From Chiloscyllium plagiosum (lineage: Eukaryota), in the NCBI RefSeq assembly GCF_004010195.1, contig NC_057720.1, forward strand, positions 31,208,150-31,272,149: 64,000 bases of DNA, given 5' to 3'. The position numbers were made by a program, and so were the translations under genes. The notes below the pieces were generated by a model. That model was not told the DNA's origin. It made no database searches and worked only from the letters and a program-made list of their open reading frames with translations. This document shows positions 1 through 12,950 of this stretch, piece by piece (the first letter of the stretch is position 1; each line of letters starts with the position of its first letter).

Positions 1-41
1 GCAGGAAAATCGACGTTTCGGGCAAAAACCCTTCATGAGGG
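1..41 (-). mobile_element. Penelope-like pseudo-LTR fragment (lineage A) with degenerate hammerhead motif, cut by window edge
   Basis: The reverse complement reads ccCTCATGAagggtttttgcccGAAAcgTCgattttcctgc, matching the other lineage A copies. The core is CTCATGA rather than CTGATGA. Confidence 0.8.
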
Positions 42-330
42 ATCAGAAATGTAATAGTGTGTAATGCACCCAGAAGAGTTGTACCCCATTTACAGAAAGT
101 GTTTTCTAGCAAGGAAAAAAGCGACAATTGCATCCTTTTGTCCTATCTATCAATGTAAAGTCCAGTGGTTCAGAAATTTTCAGTGTATATTTGCACTGTT
201 AGTAGAAATCCAATGCATTAAACTTCAATGCTTGAATGTCGAGGGGAAAAGGACCCAGGAAAGTCAGTTTATACATATTTTACCAGCAGCTTGTCAGGGA
301 TTGCAGCGAGGAACTTTGTGATTGTATTAC

Positions 331-555
331 CCAGATTGCTTTCCTGTTGTATCTGGACACTACAACCTGATAATGGTACAAGTGACAATGAAGCTGTCGG
401 ATTGCCACCAAAGCACAGCTCATTCTTATCCATCAGTGAAAGAAATGCATCACTATGACTTGATCTGGTCCATATTTGACTCCTGTGACAAACCAACGTG
501 GTCGACTCTGAACTGTTCAATAACGTGGTCTGGTCTTTCTGAAGGAAGTTGCTTT
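331..555 (-). CDS. Candidate internal coding exon of an unidentified host gene
   Basis: Acceptor tcttttattgcttcag and donor G|gtaata flank 225 bp (a multiple of 3). The frame is open in phase 1-1 (ESNFLQKDQTT...QIQQESNL). No family recognised. Confidence 0.25.
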
Positions 556-1129
556 CTGAAGCAATAAAAGATGAGATTTCAGCCATATTATCTTACACAA
601 ATTAATTAATGTAAACAAAAAGATCCTCCTACATTCCAAATGATTCCTTTTTTTAATGCCTTGAGCTGCCAATGTTATTACAGTCTTGACACTATATTTA
701 TTTTCCAAACTGCCCTATGTTACCTAAAAAGCACACATAATTACAGCCTTCTTGTGATCTTTGGTGCCACATTTATATGACATACAACTCAATCCTTTTC
801 CATAACATCAAGAAAAGTTAATACTTTGAGAAGGCAAAACCTTGCAGTGTAAGAGATAACAGAATGCAGTGGAATACAGAGCTTTGCCAGCTGTGGCAAA
901 CTGACATAGCGGTAACAACAGAGGTTTCACAGCTGCCGTTCTGGGAAGTGACTAACCCTGAAAACTCCTGTTTCCAAGTAAGCAATGTCTGATCAAAGAC
1001 TGATACAGTTTCTCAATAGTCTTTTTTGGTTACATTCTATCTATTCTTTCACAAACATGGATGCATACACTTATTTCACCCATTACTGAACCTTGGCCTT
1101 GTGAGATAATAATATGGTTTTTATTCACT

Positions 1130-1510
1130 AATGAGATATGAACATCGCTACTGGGCCAAAAATGTATTGTCCATTCATAATTGTCCTGAAGAAGAAGATG
1201 GTATCGAACCATCTCTCTGAACTACTGCAATTCTTGGGAAGGGGTGGGGAGGGGAGGACTGGCAGTGCTGCTGCTGCCGATAGTAGGTATACCCTCGTGC
1301 TGATTGGAAGGATTTTGAATGAGCAATAGTGAAGGTACAGCAATATAATTCTAAGCTGGGATGGTGTATGGCTTAGAAGGGTAAGGTTGAATGAGTCAAT
1401 GTTGAAGGTGGTAGGTAGGGCTCTAATCAAGAAATTTGCTTTGTTCTGGAGAGTGTTAAACTTTTGACTGTTGGAACTGAACCCATCCAGGAAAATGGAG
1501 AATATCCCAG
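1130..1510 (-). mobile_element. Degenerate 3' fragment of second non-LTR (CR1/L2-group) lineage
   Basis: Similar to the copies at 44040-44865 and 61065-61982 (ttgtcctgaagaagaagatggt..., ttgctttgttctgga...ggaactgaacccatccagg). Confidence 0.5.
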
Positions 1511-2310
1511 GAAAGATATATGCGCAATCAGTTGCCCAGAGAAAGAGAGAGAGAGAGATTTATGGAATAAATGTGCAAGTCCAATGATTCAGATAGCTGC
1601 TATGAAAACTCGTTAAACCTGTCATATTCATGTACAGACTTCTCACTAACAGACAACTTGGCATTCTGAAGCCCTAAGGCCCCATGAGGAGAGTATCATT
1701 AAAACGTTCATGTGCTTCTTAATGTAAAACTGCCTGAAGACTAGCATGATTAAATCTGTCGAAATCCAAATTAGGACATTCCACTTCAGTAACATCAAAA
1801 GAGGAATGTGAGGAGATTTGAGGAGAAATGTACAATAGCTTACAATTGAGCACATAACCAAGACTGACAGCAATGGACCGTCAATAGGTTTCTTTCTTTT
1901 TACCTCTTCACATACATCTCTGAGAAGTGATACTCTATTTATCGATACTTTATACAGAAATAAAATATACAAAATAATGATGTAAAGATGAGATTGTTTT
2001 TAATTTAAAATTTAATGACTGTTCTCCAGTAAAGCAAATTTGAACATCTCATGCTTACAACAGGGAGTCAAACAGGAAAGAGGGATAGGTCGGAAGTAGG
2101 AATACAAAACTGTAGATCAAGATTTTCAACATTTTCTCCATTTTCATCACCGCTCCCAACTGGAGGTGGGGAGGCATCTTGGACTTAACTGTGGAGAAGG
2201 CTGTGCATTCAAGTGTCTATGCCCTTTGGAACTGTTAAACTTATTAAGACTTGTCAAGAGGTGTCTCATGTAAAAGCTTCAGAAAAGATTTATCTTTCAG
2301 AAAAGATAAA

Positions 2311-2768
2311 GTTGGAGGGTTAGAGATATAAGGTGACGCTGAATAGGCTGGGGCTGTTTTCCCTAGAGCATCAGAGGCTGAAGGGTGACCTTATAGAGAT
2401 TTACAAAATTATGAGGGACATGGATAGGGTAAATAGATAAGGTCTTTTCTCTGGGATGGAGGGGAGTCCAGAACTAGAGGGTGTATGATTAAGGTGAGTG
2501 AGGAAAGATTTAAAAGGGTCCTTAGGGGCAACTTTTTCACACAGATGGTAATGCATGTATGGAATAAGCTGCCTGAGAAAGTCATGGAGGCTGGTACAAT
2601 TACGACTTTTAAAAGGCATCTGAATGGGTATATAAATAGGAAAGGTTCAGAGGAATGGCCCTGTGCTGGCAAATGAGACTGGATTTTTTAGTATGTCTGG
2701 TTGACATGGATGAGTTGGACTGAAAGGTCTGTTTTTATGCTGTACATCTCTATGACTCTATGACTCTA
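2311..2768 (+). mobile_element. CR1/HER1 LINE 3' fragment
   Basis: ORF2 C-terminal motif LNRLGLFSLEHQRLKGDLIEIYKIM, NFFTQMVMHVWNKLP, and 3' tail tatgactctatgactct. Confidence 0.92.
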
Positions 2769-3470
2769 AGAGTAGACCTGACAAGAAGTGTCAAAGCGTG
2801 TCTTAATGAACAAGATTGCTTTTGTCAATAAAGTATGGTCTGCAATATAAAGCATAAGCAACAGAACTATTTTTTTTCTCCTGTATATGTGAATACTCAA
2901 TGAGTTGGCATGGTAAGTGAAGGAGGAAAGGGATAAAGTGGGCACTAGTTGCCATTGGGGTGTGAGGGGCCAGAGAGGATAGGTTAAGGGCATTAGGTTG
3001 TATGGAACATCATAGATGGTACATAGAGAGTGAGGGGGATAAAGGGGTGAGAGGATGAGGAATTATTCAACATTTGTTTTTAAATGTTGAACCTAATGTT
3101 GGTGCCTCCAGTCAGACCTTTACCCCAGCCCACCTCAGGAACTGGCAACTTATTTTGTTCTTAGGTTGCCCAGCCTGACCCTAAGCTAGCTCAGACCACC
3201 AGACTGAAAGTGGGAAATCGAGGTGACCATTTCAAATATTAGCTTCAAGGGACTGGGATTTTTCCTGTCCCTGTGCTCTAACCCAGGGACAAGAATCAGG
3301 GTCTTGTATTTCCACCTAAAACCACTGGATGTCCTGTAGTATTTTATACACAATAAAGTGCAGACATTGGTGTAAGGTAAAAACATAAGCCTGGAAAAAT
3401 AAAAGACTTTGCCTTTATCTTCGATCCTTCTTTGATTTTGGAACTGTAATGTTGCATTACAAATGTTAAT

Positions 3471-3672
3471 GTAAGGGGTCCCTTGCGTTCCAAACATTTG
3501 TACATACAAACGCAATCCCATACAGGAATGTTATTTTAAATATCCAATATATGAACACTTCCTGTGCTTACAGCTGCTTTCCATTGTGCGGCATTGTGTT
3601 CGAATTGTGTATAATTTGACTTGCGAACAGACTGCAGAATGGAACTTGTTTGTAACCCAGAGACTGTCTATA
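3471..3672. mobile_element. Possible non-autonomous Tigger/pogo-like DNA transposon (MITE)
   Basis: Imperfect terminal inverted repeats (gtcccttgcgttccaaaca versus tgtttgtaacccagagactgtc) and TA at the right end. Confidence 0.35.
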
Positions 3673-3689
3673 CCCTAATTTAAAATAAA

Positions 3690-4450
3690 GATTAAATCTG
3701 GCAGCTACAGGCCAATTAGCCTAATAGGATCATGAGGGATCCAGATGGTGAGATTTAGGTCTAGGTCTTAGGATGGCTGATTACAAGAGAAGGATCGTGG
3801 TTGCAAGGGAGGGTCTGACAGTGGCTTTGATGGGCAGCAGACTGATCATGGTGGGAGATTAAAATTACGACACATAGTCTCATTATAAAAAATGTGATCA
3901 GATTGCTCATCTACTCCTGAACCTACATTCATTCAAACTGGAAGTGGGAGAGTACAAGGCAGATTCACTTCCTGTTCCAGATTAATTTGATCTTTGACAT
4001 AAACCTGTTTTTTGAGTTGAGACTCAGATGAAAAAACTGAGGAAAAATGAGCTGACATTTGGACAAGCATAGGCTAATAGACAAACTCAACATGAGTTTG
4101 TGAAATGCAAATTGTGTTTAACTAACGTATCCAGTTCTGTATGAAGTAATTAGGTGGAATAATGATGATAGAGCAATTGATGTATATTTGAACTTTCAAA
4201 AGTCATTAATCAATATGCTAACTATAAATATGACAGCAAAAGTAAAGCTCTTAGGATTAAAGGATAGTGACAGTGTGAATTACTAGATTTATAATAATAT
4301 TATTGTTTGCAGATGGCACAAAACTTAGAAATTTGTAAATATTGAGGTCTGAAGAGATTACAGTTGCAACGATAAAATGAGCAGACACATGGTGGATGAA
4401 ATATAATGCCAAGTATGATTTGATTACTGATTGGGATGAAATAATGTAAA
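3690..4450 (+). mobile_element. Old degenerate CR1 ORF2 (RT) fragments
   Basis: Remnants SYRPISL (about 3702), QHEFVKCKLCLTN (about 4088) and ADTWWMKYNAK (about 4381). Confidence 0.6.
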
Positions 4451-4779
4451 CCAAATTAAATCATTTTTAAAAGAGACTAAAACCTCCCTTCAAAATAAAA
4501 CCGGGGCAAAATAACTTCTTAAAGCTACAGCATTGTCACAGGACCAAGTATCATCCAAGTCTGGACAGACAAATAAACTCCTCACTTTTCATTCCTGAAC
4601 TTTGTTTTATAACAGTGTTTTTTGAGCTTTTTTTTTATTCAATATGTACTGGACCCTATATATCTTGGGATACCACAATTAAGGGGTTAGTTTTATTATA
4701 AACGGATGCAAGTAAAATATAAAATATATTTGAAAAATGTAAATCGCATCCTAAATGCAGCAACACACACACATATAAC

Positions 4780-4866
4780 TGAAGAAGGGCCTGTGCCCGA
4801 AACGTCGAATCTCCTGTTCCCTGGATGCTGCCTGACCTGCTGTGCTGTTCCAGCAATAAAGTTTCA
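4780..4866 (+). mobile_element. Solo tail-less PLE mini-insertion (lineage A) with hammerhead core
   Basis: CTGAAGA-a-gggc-ctgt-gccc-GAAA-cg-TC from 4779. 11-bp TSD acacatataac at 4769-4779 and 4867-4877. Confidence 0.88.
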
Positions 4867-5719
4867 ACACATATAACACACTAGCACGCAGAACAAAATA
4901 TGTTATAGAATGGGGGAGGTGTAATTGGAAATAAATTAAAATCTATAAGTAGAAATAATCTTATGTTTCAATGTTTCTTGGTAGAGTTGAAGTTCCAGTG
5001 AGGTTGCAGCCAATTTAAGCTTGTTCTTGTTCTTCTGGAGATGGTTCTTTCAAACTGCACTCAGTTCTTTTCCAGAGTGGGTGTTATAGCACTTGAAGTT
5101 CCTTTTATTTATAAATTCACTGTCTAAGTTATGTATTCCAACTTGTTACAGAGCTTTAAGAAACTGTCGGGATAAGGAGCTGTTGTTATTTAACACAGTA
5201 TGTACTTCTTTTCTGTTACAAATAGAAAAGCTCATAATCAGCTTTTCATAAAGGGCAGTGTTGGTCAAGTGATAGCTGACTATTGGAACAAAATGGGGAC
5301 AAACCATGCTAATGAAGGAGATTATCTCCAATTGTTAATGAAACCAAAATGCCATTAAACAAATAGGAGAGTCTGCAGAACCCCTTTTATTAATATTTTT
5401 GAATTGTATTGTATTTAGAGTTTCGGTAGATTTACTTTGTTTCTAGCAGCTTCTACAGACAAGGTTGCTTATGGCCCTTAGGATATCTCAAGATAGTTTG
5501 CATAATGGCAAGCATAAACTTCTTCAGGGGAACAGCTCAGGCATATCTATCATTAATCCATGTCAAATGTTTTTAGAAAATTGTTTGCTCTTATAGATTA
5601 GATGACCCTTGCAGCCATTTTAAAACACAATGTTCTAGCTCATTTGTTTTCATTCATAATAAAGTTGGTTGTAAGTCAATCAATGGAATTAAGGATTAAT
5701 ATTCTGTATACTATAACTT

Positions 5720-6290
5720 CACAATGGGGTGTATTCAAATTTTTGAACGTGACAAGATAATTTGAGAAGGCCATTAACGAAAGCAAATAGGATTCATTAA
5801 TAGAATAGGGGGCTAAACTAAAGGAGTTATGCGAAACTGTTGAAAACTTTAACTGGAGTATTGTGTGGAATTCTAAGAGCCACGACTTAGAGAGATGTTA
5901 GGGGTCTTAGAAAGACTGCAGAAGAGATTTATTCAAGTGGTACTAGAGATGGGGGACTCAGAGAGATTTGAGAATCTGGATTGCTCTCCTTAAAGCAAGT
6001 AATAGTGAAATAAATAAAGATGAATTATTTCCACTGGCAACAGAAAAGTCAGCAAAAGAGCCAGATTTAAGATGGTTGGCAACAGAACCTGAGATGACAA
6101 CATGAGACATCTTTTTACACAGTGAATTTTTATGCACTCCAAGAGGGTGTTGGAAGCAGCATCAATGGTAATTTTCAAATGAGATTTGTAAAAATACTTA
6201 AAGGGAAAAAAATTGCAGTATAACTGCAACCACCAAAGAACAAACAAACACAAAGGACCAAGTGGCCTTCTTTTATGTATCAATCTTTGA
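5720..6290 (+). mobile_element. Old CR1 3' fragment
   Basis: LEYCVEF..PRLRE..GVLERLQKRF-like remnants and CR1 3' UTR similarity. Confidence 0.7.
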
Positions 6291-6534
6291 TTTGTACCAG
6301 TATAAGATCCTATCCTGCCCCACTAACCATCTTTGTAGTCTCCCTGTGTGAGATTGCCATTTCACTAACCAATAATACTGAATGGCACAGTTTGTTTTAT
6401 TGTGGGTTAATGCCCATTTAATTATGTTTGCCAGTACTAATTTCTCTAAGCTTCCATAACTGATAGAAAAAGCTTTCACACCGTAAATGTGCTTGATTCA
6501 CTAAGATGAAAGACAAGTATTCTAAAAGATAAAG

Positions 6535-6887
6535 GAAGACTTACATTTTTATATTGAATGAGCTTTTTTTAAAATGTAGACATTGCTGTGATGTGGGAAA
6601 CATAGCAGCCAATTTATACCAGCAAACTCCCACAAACAGCTATCCAATCATGATCAGATAACCTGATTTTATGATACTGGTTGAGGAATAAATATTGGCC
6701 AGGGCCCATGAGATAACTCTTCTTCAACCCATACAAGCAATGCAAATGGGGCCTCAGTTTAACATCACATCTTAAAGCTAATGCTATTCAGCACTGAACT
6801 GGATTTTTGTGCTCATGTCCTAAAATAAGACTTGAGCCCAGGACCTTGTGATAGAGGTAAGAGTGCTAGTCACTGAACCACAGCTGG
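6535..6887 (-). mobile_element. Ancient tRNA-headed DeuSINE-like element (SacSINE1-type)
   Basis: tRNA-like head on minus strand (gtggttcagtgactagcactctt...gggctcaagtc). Central motifs ctcccacaaacagc, ggttgaggaataaatattggccaggg and gggcctcagtttaacatc resemble the Deu core as I recall it. Confidence 0.55.
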
Positions 6888-9800
6888 CATAAATAATATT
6901 CATATTCATTTTGTTTTACAGATAGATATCCAGTCTGTAACAGGACTTGGACATAGGAAAACTTTATCCATTTCACTGCTGTAGTAACTGACATTGTGGC
7001 CTTGTACGAGATGGTTACATTTTGAAGAGGTAACATGTATTAACTTCCTTTAGTCTCTGATATACATTCTTTTCATCCCTCTGGAAGCTACATATTTTAC
7101 TTCAATGACCAACAGATGTTTTTTTCTTTTAATTACTTTACTCAAAGAGACCAGTTTTACTTCTGTTGAAGCTTTTAAACATGTTTAATTTCTAATATCA
7201 CAACCTATTTTTGTTATTTTTGTTTTTGTTCAACAGCAGCCCAGTTACTTTCAATATTTTTGTCATACTTTGGATTGAAAAATGTTGGCTGTTTAGTGAA
7301 GGGACTGAACTTCGCACCATCACCCAGAATAACAATTAATAACTCACCTGGATCAGCTACATCTTAAAAAAAACTATTGTTGGGTCTCAGCTTGGCTTTA
7401 GGTACAAATCAGCGATTCCTGAGGGCTGTGAGATATTGCCTGCTGTGGCTGGTTGGGTTCCTGGCAGAGTGATTTGATTTAATAATGTAAAATCACATTG
7501 CCAGGGATTACCAACCTGTCACCAGCTATTACCGACCGTTCCTAGAAGAAAAATGCATCTTGCCACTGGGGACAGTTGGGAATGGTAAACCCTGTCCACC
7601 TCATTGCAAACATTGGAACTGCTGGAGGAGAAACTTTCAGAGTCTGACATCTGCCACTCCATTGACAGCATGATGCATCACAGCAGCTTCTGTTGGTCAC
7701 ACACTAAGAGTGAATGTCGCCCTAATCTGTGTGATGTTCCCCTTGTTAGAAAGCATTTGAGCAGACAGAGAAAGCATTTTGACCCCCAATAATAGTGTAG
7801 AATGTATTTGCCCACTCCGTAAACATCTACCGGAGTTATTAGAACTGAAGAGCTGTTTTAATAGGTGGCCAATATTGTGCATTATATACTATTATTGAAC
7901 TCAAATTATAAAAATTATGCTTGAGAATTTTGTTTTGAATTCACCTTTTATCAAAATCAATTTATTTGGGCGGGCCATTTGTTAATGTGAAAAGTCTATT
8001 TACAGTGCTAATTGTTCTATGATTCCACAGCGCAACAATTATCACTCACTCTGAAGAAGTGGTGAACATGGTGAGAGTTTATGAGGGTAACTCCACAACA
8101 AATCTACTCTGCTGATCTGGAATCCCACCCACTGCCAGTACAAATTGGATGTGCATTGCTTATAATTTTCCAACCAGTAGAATTATCCTCTGTAAATCAA
8201 GGAAAATAATAACTCAAAAAATATTCAGTTGCTCACTGTACATTCTTCCTTTCTCTTTAAGATAAGAAGCTGAGAATGTGTTTGATTCCAGTGTAAGGTA
8301 TTACCTTCCATTGAAAAAGACTAAAAATTCAGTTTTTTGTTTTGATGCAAGGGAGTGAGTCCCTAGCGTGCAATGATTTCTGGCTACTCAGCATCAGCTG
8401 CTTCAGATTATGAAGTGCATACCCACGTGGAAATACAAAGGGAGCCCTGGAGGAGGGATTTTCTTTTTCCATGAGCCTTGTGCGGTGAAGGACTTAGCTA
8501 ACTCTGTGAACAGATTTTTGAATGCCTTCATGTTCACAGTGGCTAAGTTCCGCACCTCAGGGGGTCAAACTCAAAAGGATTTCCGGGCTACCATTTGCAG
8601 TTCATATGTCACTGCAGGCTTATGTCAATCAGTCCACAGGTCGTGTTAGTACTAATTATCCTTTTTGTGTTGGGTGATTCAGTGTAACATTTCCCAGAAT
8701 GAGTTCAATGGGATGATTAAAACCGCATGCTAGACAGAGGGAGACACTATCCAAATATTCAATATGTTTTATTTTCTCAGATCTCACCTCTCCAAAGGTT
8801 TCAAAAGCATCAGGTGCACATGCCTTTGATCGGATTTATATCATTCTCTTAATCACATGCTTTCTTTATGTTACGCAGCCCTGGAAACATCATGAATTAT
8901 TTGTTAACACATGTTCCCCCTTTGTACTACAATGCAAGTTGTGACTATTCCGGATTTTGGAACTCTTGTGACCAGCACATGGAGAAGAGTTAGTTTCCTG
9001 GATTCAAACTCAGGCCATGGACGTGTTGGCACGTTCCAACAAAATGGTAATGCTATGGTATCTACACCACACCTCCCCCAACTCACCCAGTATAATAATT
9101 TCCTATCAATTATCTATTGTATCTCAATAAGTAAACATTTTTAAATTGGTAATCACATTTTTGTGCTTTCACCAGCAATCAATAACTGAAATTATTTACC
9201 AATATAGTCAAAATAGAATGCCATCTGGAAACTCATGAGCATGTGTGGGCTTTCAATATAATGATTGTAAGTGGAAGAGGAGGTCCAGATTTCTGACATG
9301 GTATCTTATGATGTTTTAAGTAAGATTCAGAAATAAATGCTTTTTCATAACTTCCCTGTGAAATTTAAGCGATGGGCTATGATACATGAGGCAGAATGTG
9401 CTTAGCAACAGTGAAAAGTTTGAAGGCAAAGTGCAAGCCAGGAAGCTGGGGAAAATTCCCTGTGGGCTGATACCCATTGCATTCCTGCTTTCAGCAGCAG
9501 CCAATTAAAGTTACTAAAACTCCAATTAGGAGTGATTTTGCAGCCTAGCCAGTCTTTTGCCAGCAGCACTGTGGCATCGTAGTGATGTGGGAGGGCACAA
9601 TGAAGGAGTCTCCCTTCAAAGACTGAGGGCAGGCCCTAATTGGAGGCTCCATGCTCTAGTGACAGAGCCTAGGGAGGAGAAGCTCTGCCTATGACCCAAA
9701 CTACTCATCATTCAGCAGCAGTTCCTCTCTACTCTGAAGGCCTGAGTTTCATAAATCAGAATGTTTTATGTGCATTCATGTTTCCTATGGAGGTCTCCAA

Positions 9801-11415
9801 CCTGCTTCAGTGGCACCCACCTCTCTTGGCTATTAATCCAGGTGTTCTATTTGGTTCTGTAGCATTCAGACCCAACCTACTGACCTGAATGGCACAGTGA
9901 AATGCTCCATACTGGGCACAGCTGGCAAATGCAGACTTGGAATCTCAACTTGCTCTTGACAATGGGGGTCCCAAAGCCTCAGGAAAGTTCAGCTAATAGC
10001 ACAGATTAGCGATGGGAGTATGAGATGAATCAGCATGCAGCAATCGAGAGCCAAAATGGTACCTTGAACTCTTAGATCTAAAGAAGGAAGGGAAGTAAAT
10101 AATTCTGCAGTATTGAGATCCTGTAAAAGAATTAAGTGGGGTGAAAGTCAATAAATTTTAACGTCTGAGAGTTGGGAGGACATGTTAGAGTTGGAGCTAC
10201 AGAGGTGCAAGAGGAGGAAATTTATAATCACTGACAAAGCAGGTCAAGGGGAATATAATGAGGAGAGAGTTTGAGGGATTTGACATCAATGAGAGTATTC
10301 CTTGGTCTCATACCCAATCCAGTAGCGTATGAGAGGGATGAGAGGAAACTCCCAGCATTTGTAATCAGTGTTGAATGGATACGGGCTTTAGATGGTACCT
10401 AAAGTTGTGCTGGGGAAAAGATGTATTGAGTATGAAAGAAGGAACAAAGCATCTTGTGGGCAACTTCAGCCACACAGAGGGTCATTGTTCCACTTGCCAT
10501 TAAACAATAGACTAAGAAGAGTAGAACTCTCAAATTTGAGAGGTCACAGTTGTTTCATTTGTGGACTGAAGTTGCAGGATTAAAAGAATGTTGTAGAGTG
10601 TGAATTGACAGCAATGTGTTGGTGAGCAATCTTCGAATCAACAAGAATGGCAATTGAAATGGAATGGGAGCACAGTTGATGTGAGAACAAGTGACTACAA
10701 AACACATAAAATTGTAGTGGGAACAAGATGTATTTGTATGGAAGGAGAAGTAAAGTATCTTGTGGGCAACTCCAGCAATAAAGGAGGGTGACAAGAAAAT
10801 AAAATCAGAATTTCGTCTTATAAGGGCAGGTCCAGGCATCTTTAAATTGTGTTATTTTTAATCCTGAGAAATATTGTAAAAAAAATTCTCTTAAATACAC
10901 TTGCATTACATTCGATCTGGCTCCAAAGAGTCTGGAAAATTCCTCGTCACCTATTTAAATAGACATCAAGTAAAGCAGGAGTATGTCAGGATAAATGTAT
11001 GAAAAAAAACATGTGAATGCAAAGAGAACGAACCATGCTCAGACATCATTAAATGCCATAAAATATCTTAAAAGTTTGTACCAGCCTGAGAACAAGACTT
11101 ACCTGAAACAACTTTCCACTCACAGAATACTATTATGTGAACTTTAACCTTGCTTCACCATGTAAGCTACTTCAATAACGGTACATCACTGTTAAATTAC
11201 CTTTACAACTCTTTCAATGCTGGGTCCCACAGGATAATTATGTTTGATATTAAAGGAATGTTCCATTTCTGGGTCTGCTAGAAATATACATTGTTTTTTT
11301 ATTTCATCAAATGAAAGTGCTGGAAAATCTCAGAAAAGGGAAGGCATTGATCTAGAGTGGATGTTCACGATAGAATAAAGGTCAGCACTGACAGAAAGCA
11401 AAGACCTGAAAACAA

Positions 11416-11635
11416 GGGTGGCAAAGTGGCTCAGTGGTTAGCACTACTGCTTCAAAGCAACTGGGACCTGGGTTCAGTTCCAGCTTTAGTGACTGTCCGT
11501 GTGGAGTTTGCATGTTCTGCCTCTGTCTTTGCGGGTACCTCCCACAGTGCAGGTTAAAAGGGTTAGCTATGGGGATGGATGGAGAGTCAATGGACAGAAT
11601 GGTTGCTTTCTGCACTGTAAGGAGACTATGATTTT
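11416..11635 (+). mobile_element. HE1-type SINE, degenerate and internally deleted
   Basis: tRNA head gtggctcagtggttagcactactgc...gggttcagttcc, body gtggagtttgcatgttct, tail ctgcactgtaagg. Confidence 0.85.
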
Positions 11636-12279
11636 AAGGTGCAGATACTGGACATAAAAATGGTGGGCAGAGTTCATGATCCGATAGTTTTGATGTACCA
11701 ACCCACCCTCGCTGGGTTCCATAGGCTGAAACTTATGCCTTTTTGGCTACATCTCAGTTGCATCGAGATTTTTGGAGGAATATCCACTGAATTGCCCTTC
11801 ATTAGCAACCTCATGATACAGTAGCCACAAAGCCACTCTGCTCACAGTATGTAGCTGGCATAGTTGTCACTCCTACACATATACAAACCCAGTCTCTCAG
11901 ACCGTTCACTGTTTAACCCCCAGCCCGGCAGTTTATCAGCTTATAGCTACATCCTGTGGAAACACCTTCCTCAGGTCAACATTAGCCTTGACTGAATGCC
12001 CACATAAGATCCACTGAATGTCATTGCCCACTTGTGGACCATCACGGACAGTCAAATGGACAAATATAAACATGAACTATTATTTGCAAACTAAGCTAAA
12101 AGGGAACACAAACAAAATCAATAGAAGCCAAAACAAAAACAGAAGTTGCTGAAGAAACTCAGTAATAGAGACTGATGTTTGCTCCAACAATGCAAACCAC
12201 ATTTTAGCATCATCACCAAAGAATATTGAACATTCCATGATGGTCAGATGCATCCAACTCTCACCCACTGGAACCAGTC

Positions 12280-12950
12280 AGTGAGGTCCTGTCTGGCTTG
12301 TACTGCTCAACACCTCCACAAGGAGGGATGAACTATACTGGAAGGCCAAACAATGGAACTACATCTTCATCAGCCCCATCACTTGCTCCACCATGGTCCT
12401 GGCTGAGGAATGGATGCCATAATATTTGTGTTCCACTTCAGTCAGGGGGTTTTCCGGTGGTGTCATCATCCATATTTGCAGCCTTGGTCTTTCAGTAACC
12501 AGCTTTGTAAACACCCTGCACCCTTTAACACACACAGGTCCACAAGAGTGCTCCAGGATGTTTGGAATTATGGCAGCTGCCAGGGTAACAGGCTCACACC
12601 GCCAAGAAGTGGGTAGTGATTACAGATCACCTGGACATTAATCTAATAGAACGCCTTCCTGTTGATGAATCCCACAGTGTTGTGATACAGTCAATGGCAC
12701 TCTGTAAACTGGAAGAAGCCATCCATGTTTCAGAATCCTAATGCCTGAGCTCCAGCACTAACCTCTTTATTGGGAAGCTAAATGAACTGATGTGATGTTA
12801 CCCAGATGGCATCAGTCACTGTTCAGATGTATTTGTGGATGTATGACTAAGAGATCCCACACAGCTCCCTGGAAGGAACCAGTTGCATAGAGATTCAAAG
12901 CTGCCCTCACCTTCACAGGCACTGGGAGAGGATGGCCTGTCACTGCTGCA
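12280..12950 (-). pseudogene. Fossil PIF/Harbinger DDE transposase (HARBI1-like)
   Basis: Hand translation gives GHPLPVPVKVRAALNLYATGSFQG, VTDAI, QSAIDCI, FINRKAFY*INVQVICNH, YPGSCHNS, WLLKDQG and WMMTPPENPLTEVEHKY...ARTMVEQVMGLMKM*FHCL, with stops and frameshifts. Confidence 0.85.

Noticed and set aside
883..955. tttgcca-gctg-tggcaaa palindrome with E-box and STAT-like sites
   Set aside because: Short motifs expected by chance in 64 kb, with no independent support.
6922..7029. 108-bp exon-like segment as a CDS
   Set aside because: Stop codons in all three frames.
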